A DNA stretch of 64,000 nucleotides, taken from assembly GCF_044704955.1 (NCBI RefSeq), contig NC_091999.1, forward strand, positions 11,470,001-11,534,000. The letters are read 5' to 3'. Under the pieces are notes generated by a model. That model ran no database searches. It saw nothing but the letters and a program-made list of their open reading frames with translations, and was not told the DNA's origin. Below, piece by piece: positions 63,721 to 64,000 of the stretch (position 1 is its first letter; each line of letters starts with the position of its first letter). The position numbers and the translations under genes are program-made. This stretch comes from Pristiophorus japonicus (Eukaryota).

Positions 63721-64000
63721 CCTGCCAAATGGGTGCGCCGCTCTGCTGTGTTTGGAGTAACGTGATTTGGAGTGACCAGGTTAAAATAATAGGAGCGAAT
63801 GGATAATGAGCACAGAACACTTAGGAAATAGAGAAGATAACGATTTAAAGAAAGTGAAAAATGAAAAAGTTGGAAACATAGACAGGGGCAAAGAATGATC
63901 AAGAACTAAAGAATGAATGAGAGGGAGAGAAAGCGAAAAAGCAGTGTAATTTTATGTGTAAAGGACAGCAAATTAGGAAATACGGTAAAGAGAAATGAAA

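Noticed and set aside
1-64000. D, J or C segments, IgH-like or NAR-type V genes, 12-RSSs
   Set aside because: By eye I found no FGxG J segment with an upstream RSS, no convincing 12-bp-spacer RSS and no convincing C exon

Overview
Eukaryotic genomic DNA from a cartilaginous fish (shark-type CR1 LINEs with (TATGTTTC)n tails and a Deu-domain SINE). It spans part of the variable-gene array of a T-cell receptor alpha/delta locus. I find about 16 V segments or V relics on both strands, nearly all ending in a heptamer-23 bp spacer-nonamer recombination signal (23-RSS). Three look intact (18.5, 29.8 and 63.3 kb). Four have open V exons but lose a hallmark residue, leader phase or heptamer base (7.3, 9.9, 34.1 and 45.8 kb). 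The rest are pseudogenes or relics. I found no D, J or C segments. A large share of the window is decayed CR1/L2/RTE LINE sequence, plus a pol-less Gypsy (Mag-like) LTR element with a CCTTT target-site duplication, MITE-like elements and mini/microsatellites. The most notable observations are: CTCF-type motifs at recurring positions next to V RSSs and V promoters; an intact V whose leader is fused to the V exon with no intron; a V clade with Trp41 fixed as Leu; a tandem V plus V-remnant read in one ORF with two RSSs; and a chimeric V that joins one family's promoter to another family's V exon. All alignments were done by eye, and repeat boundaries are approximate.
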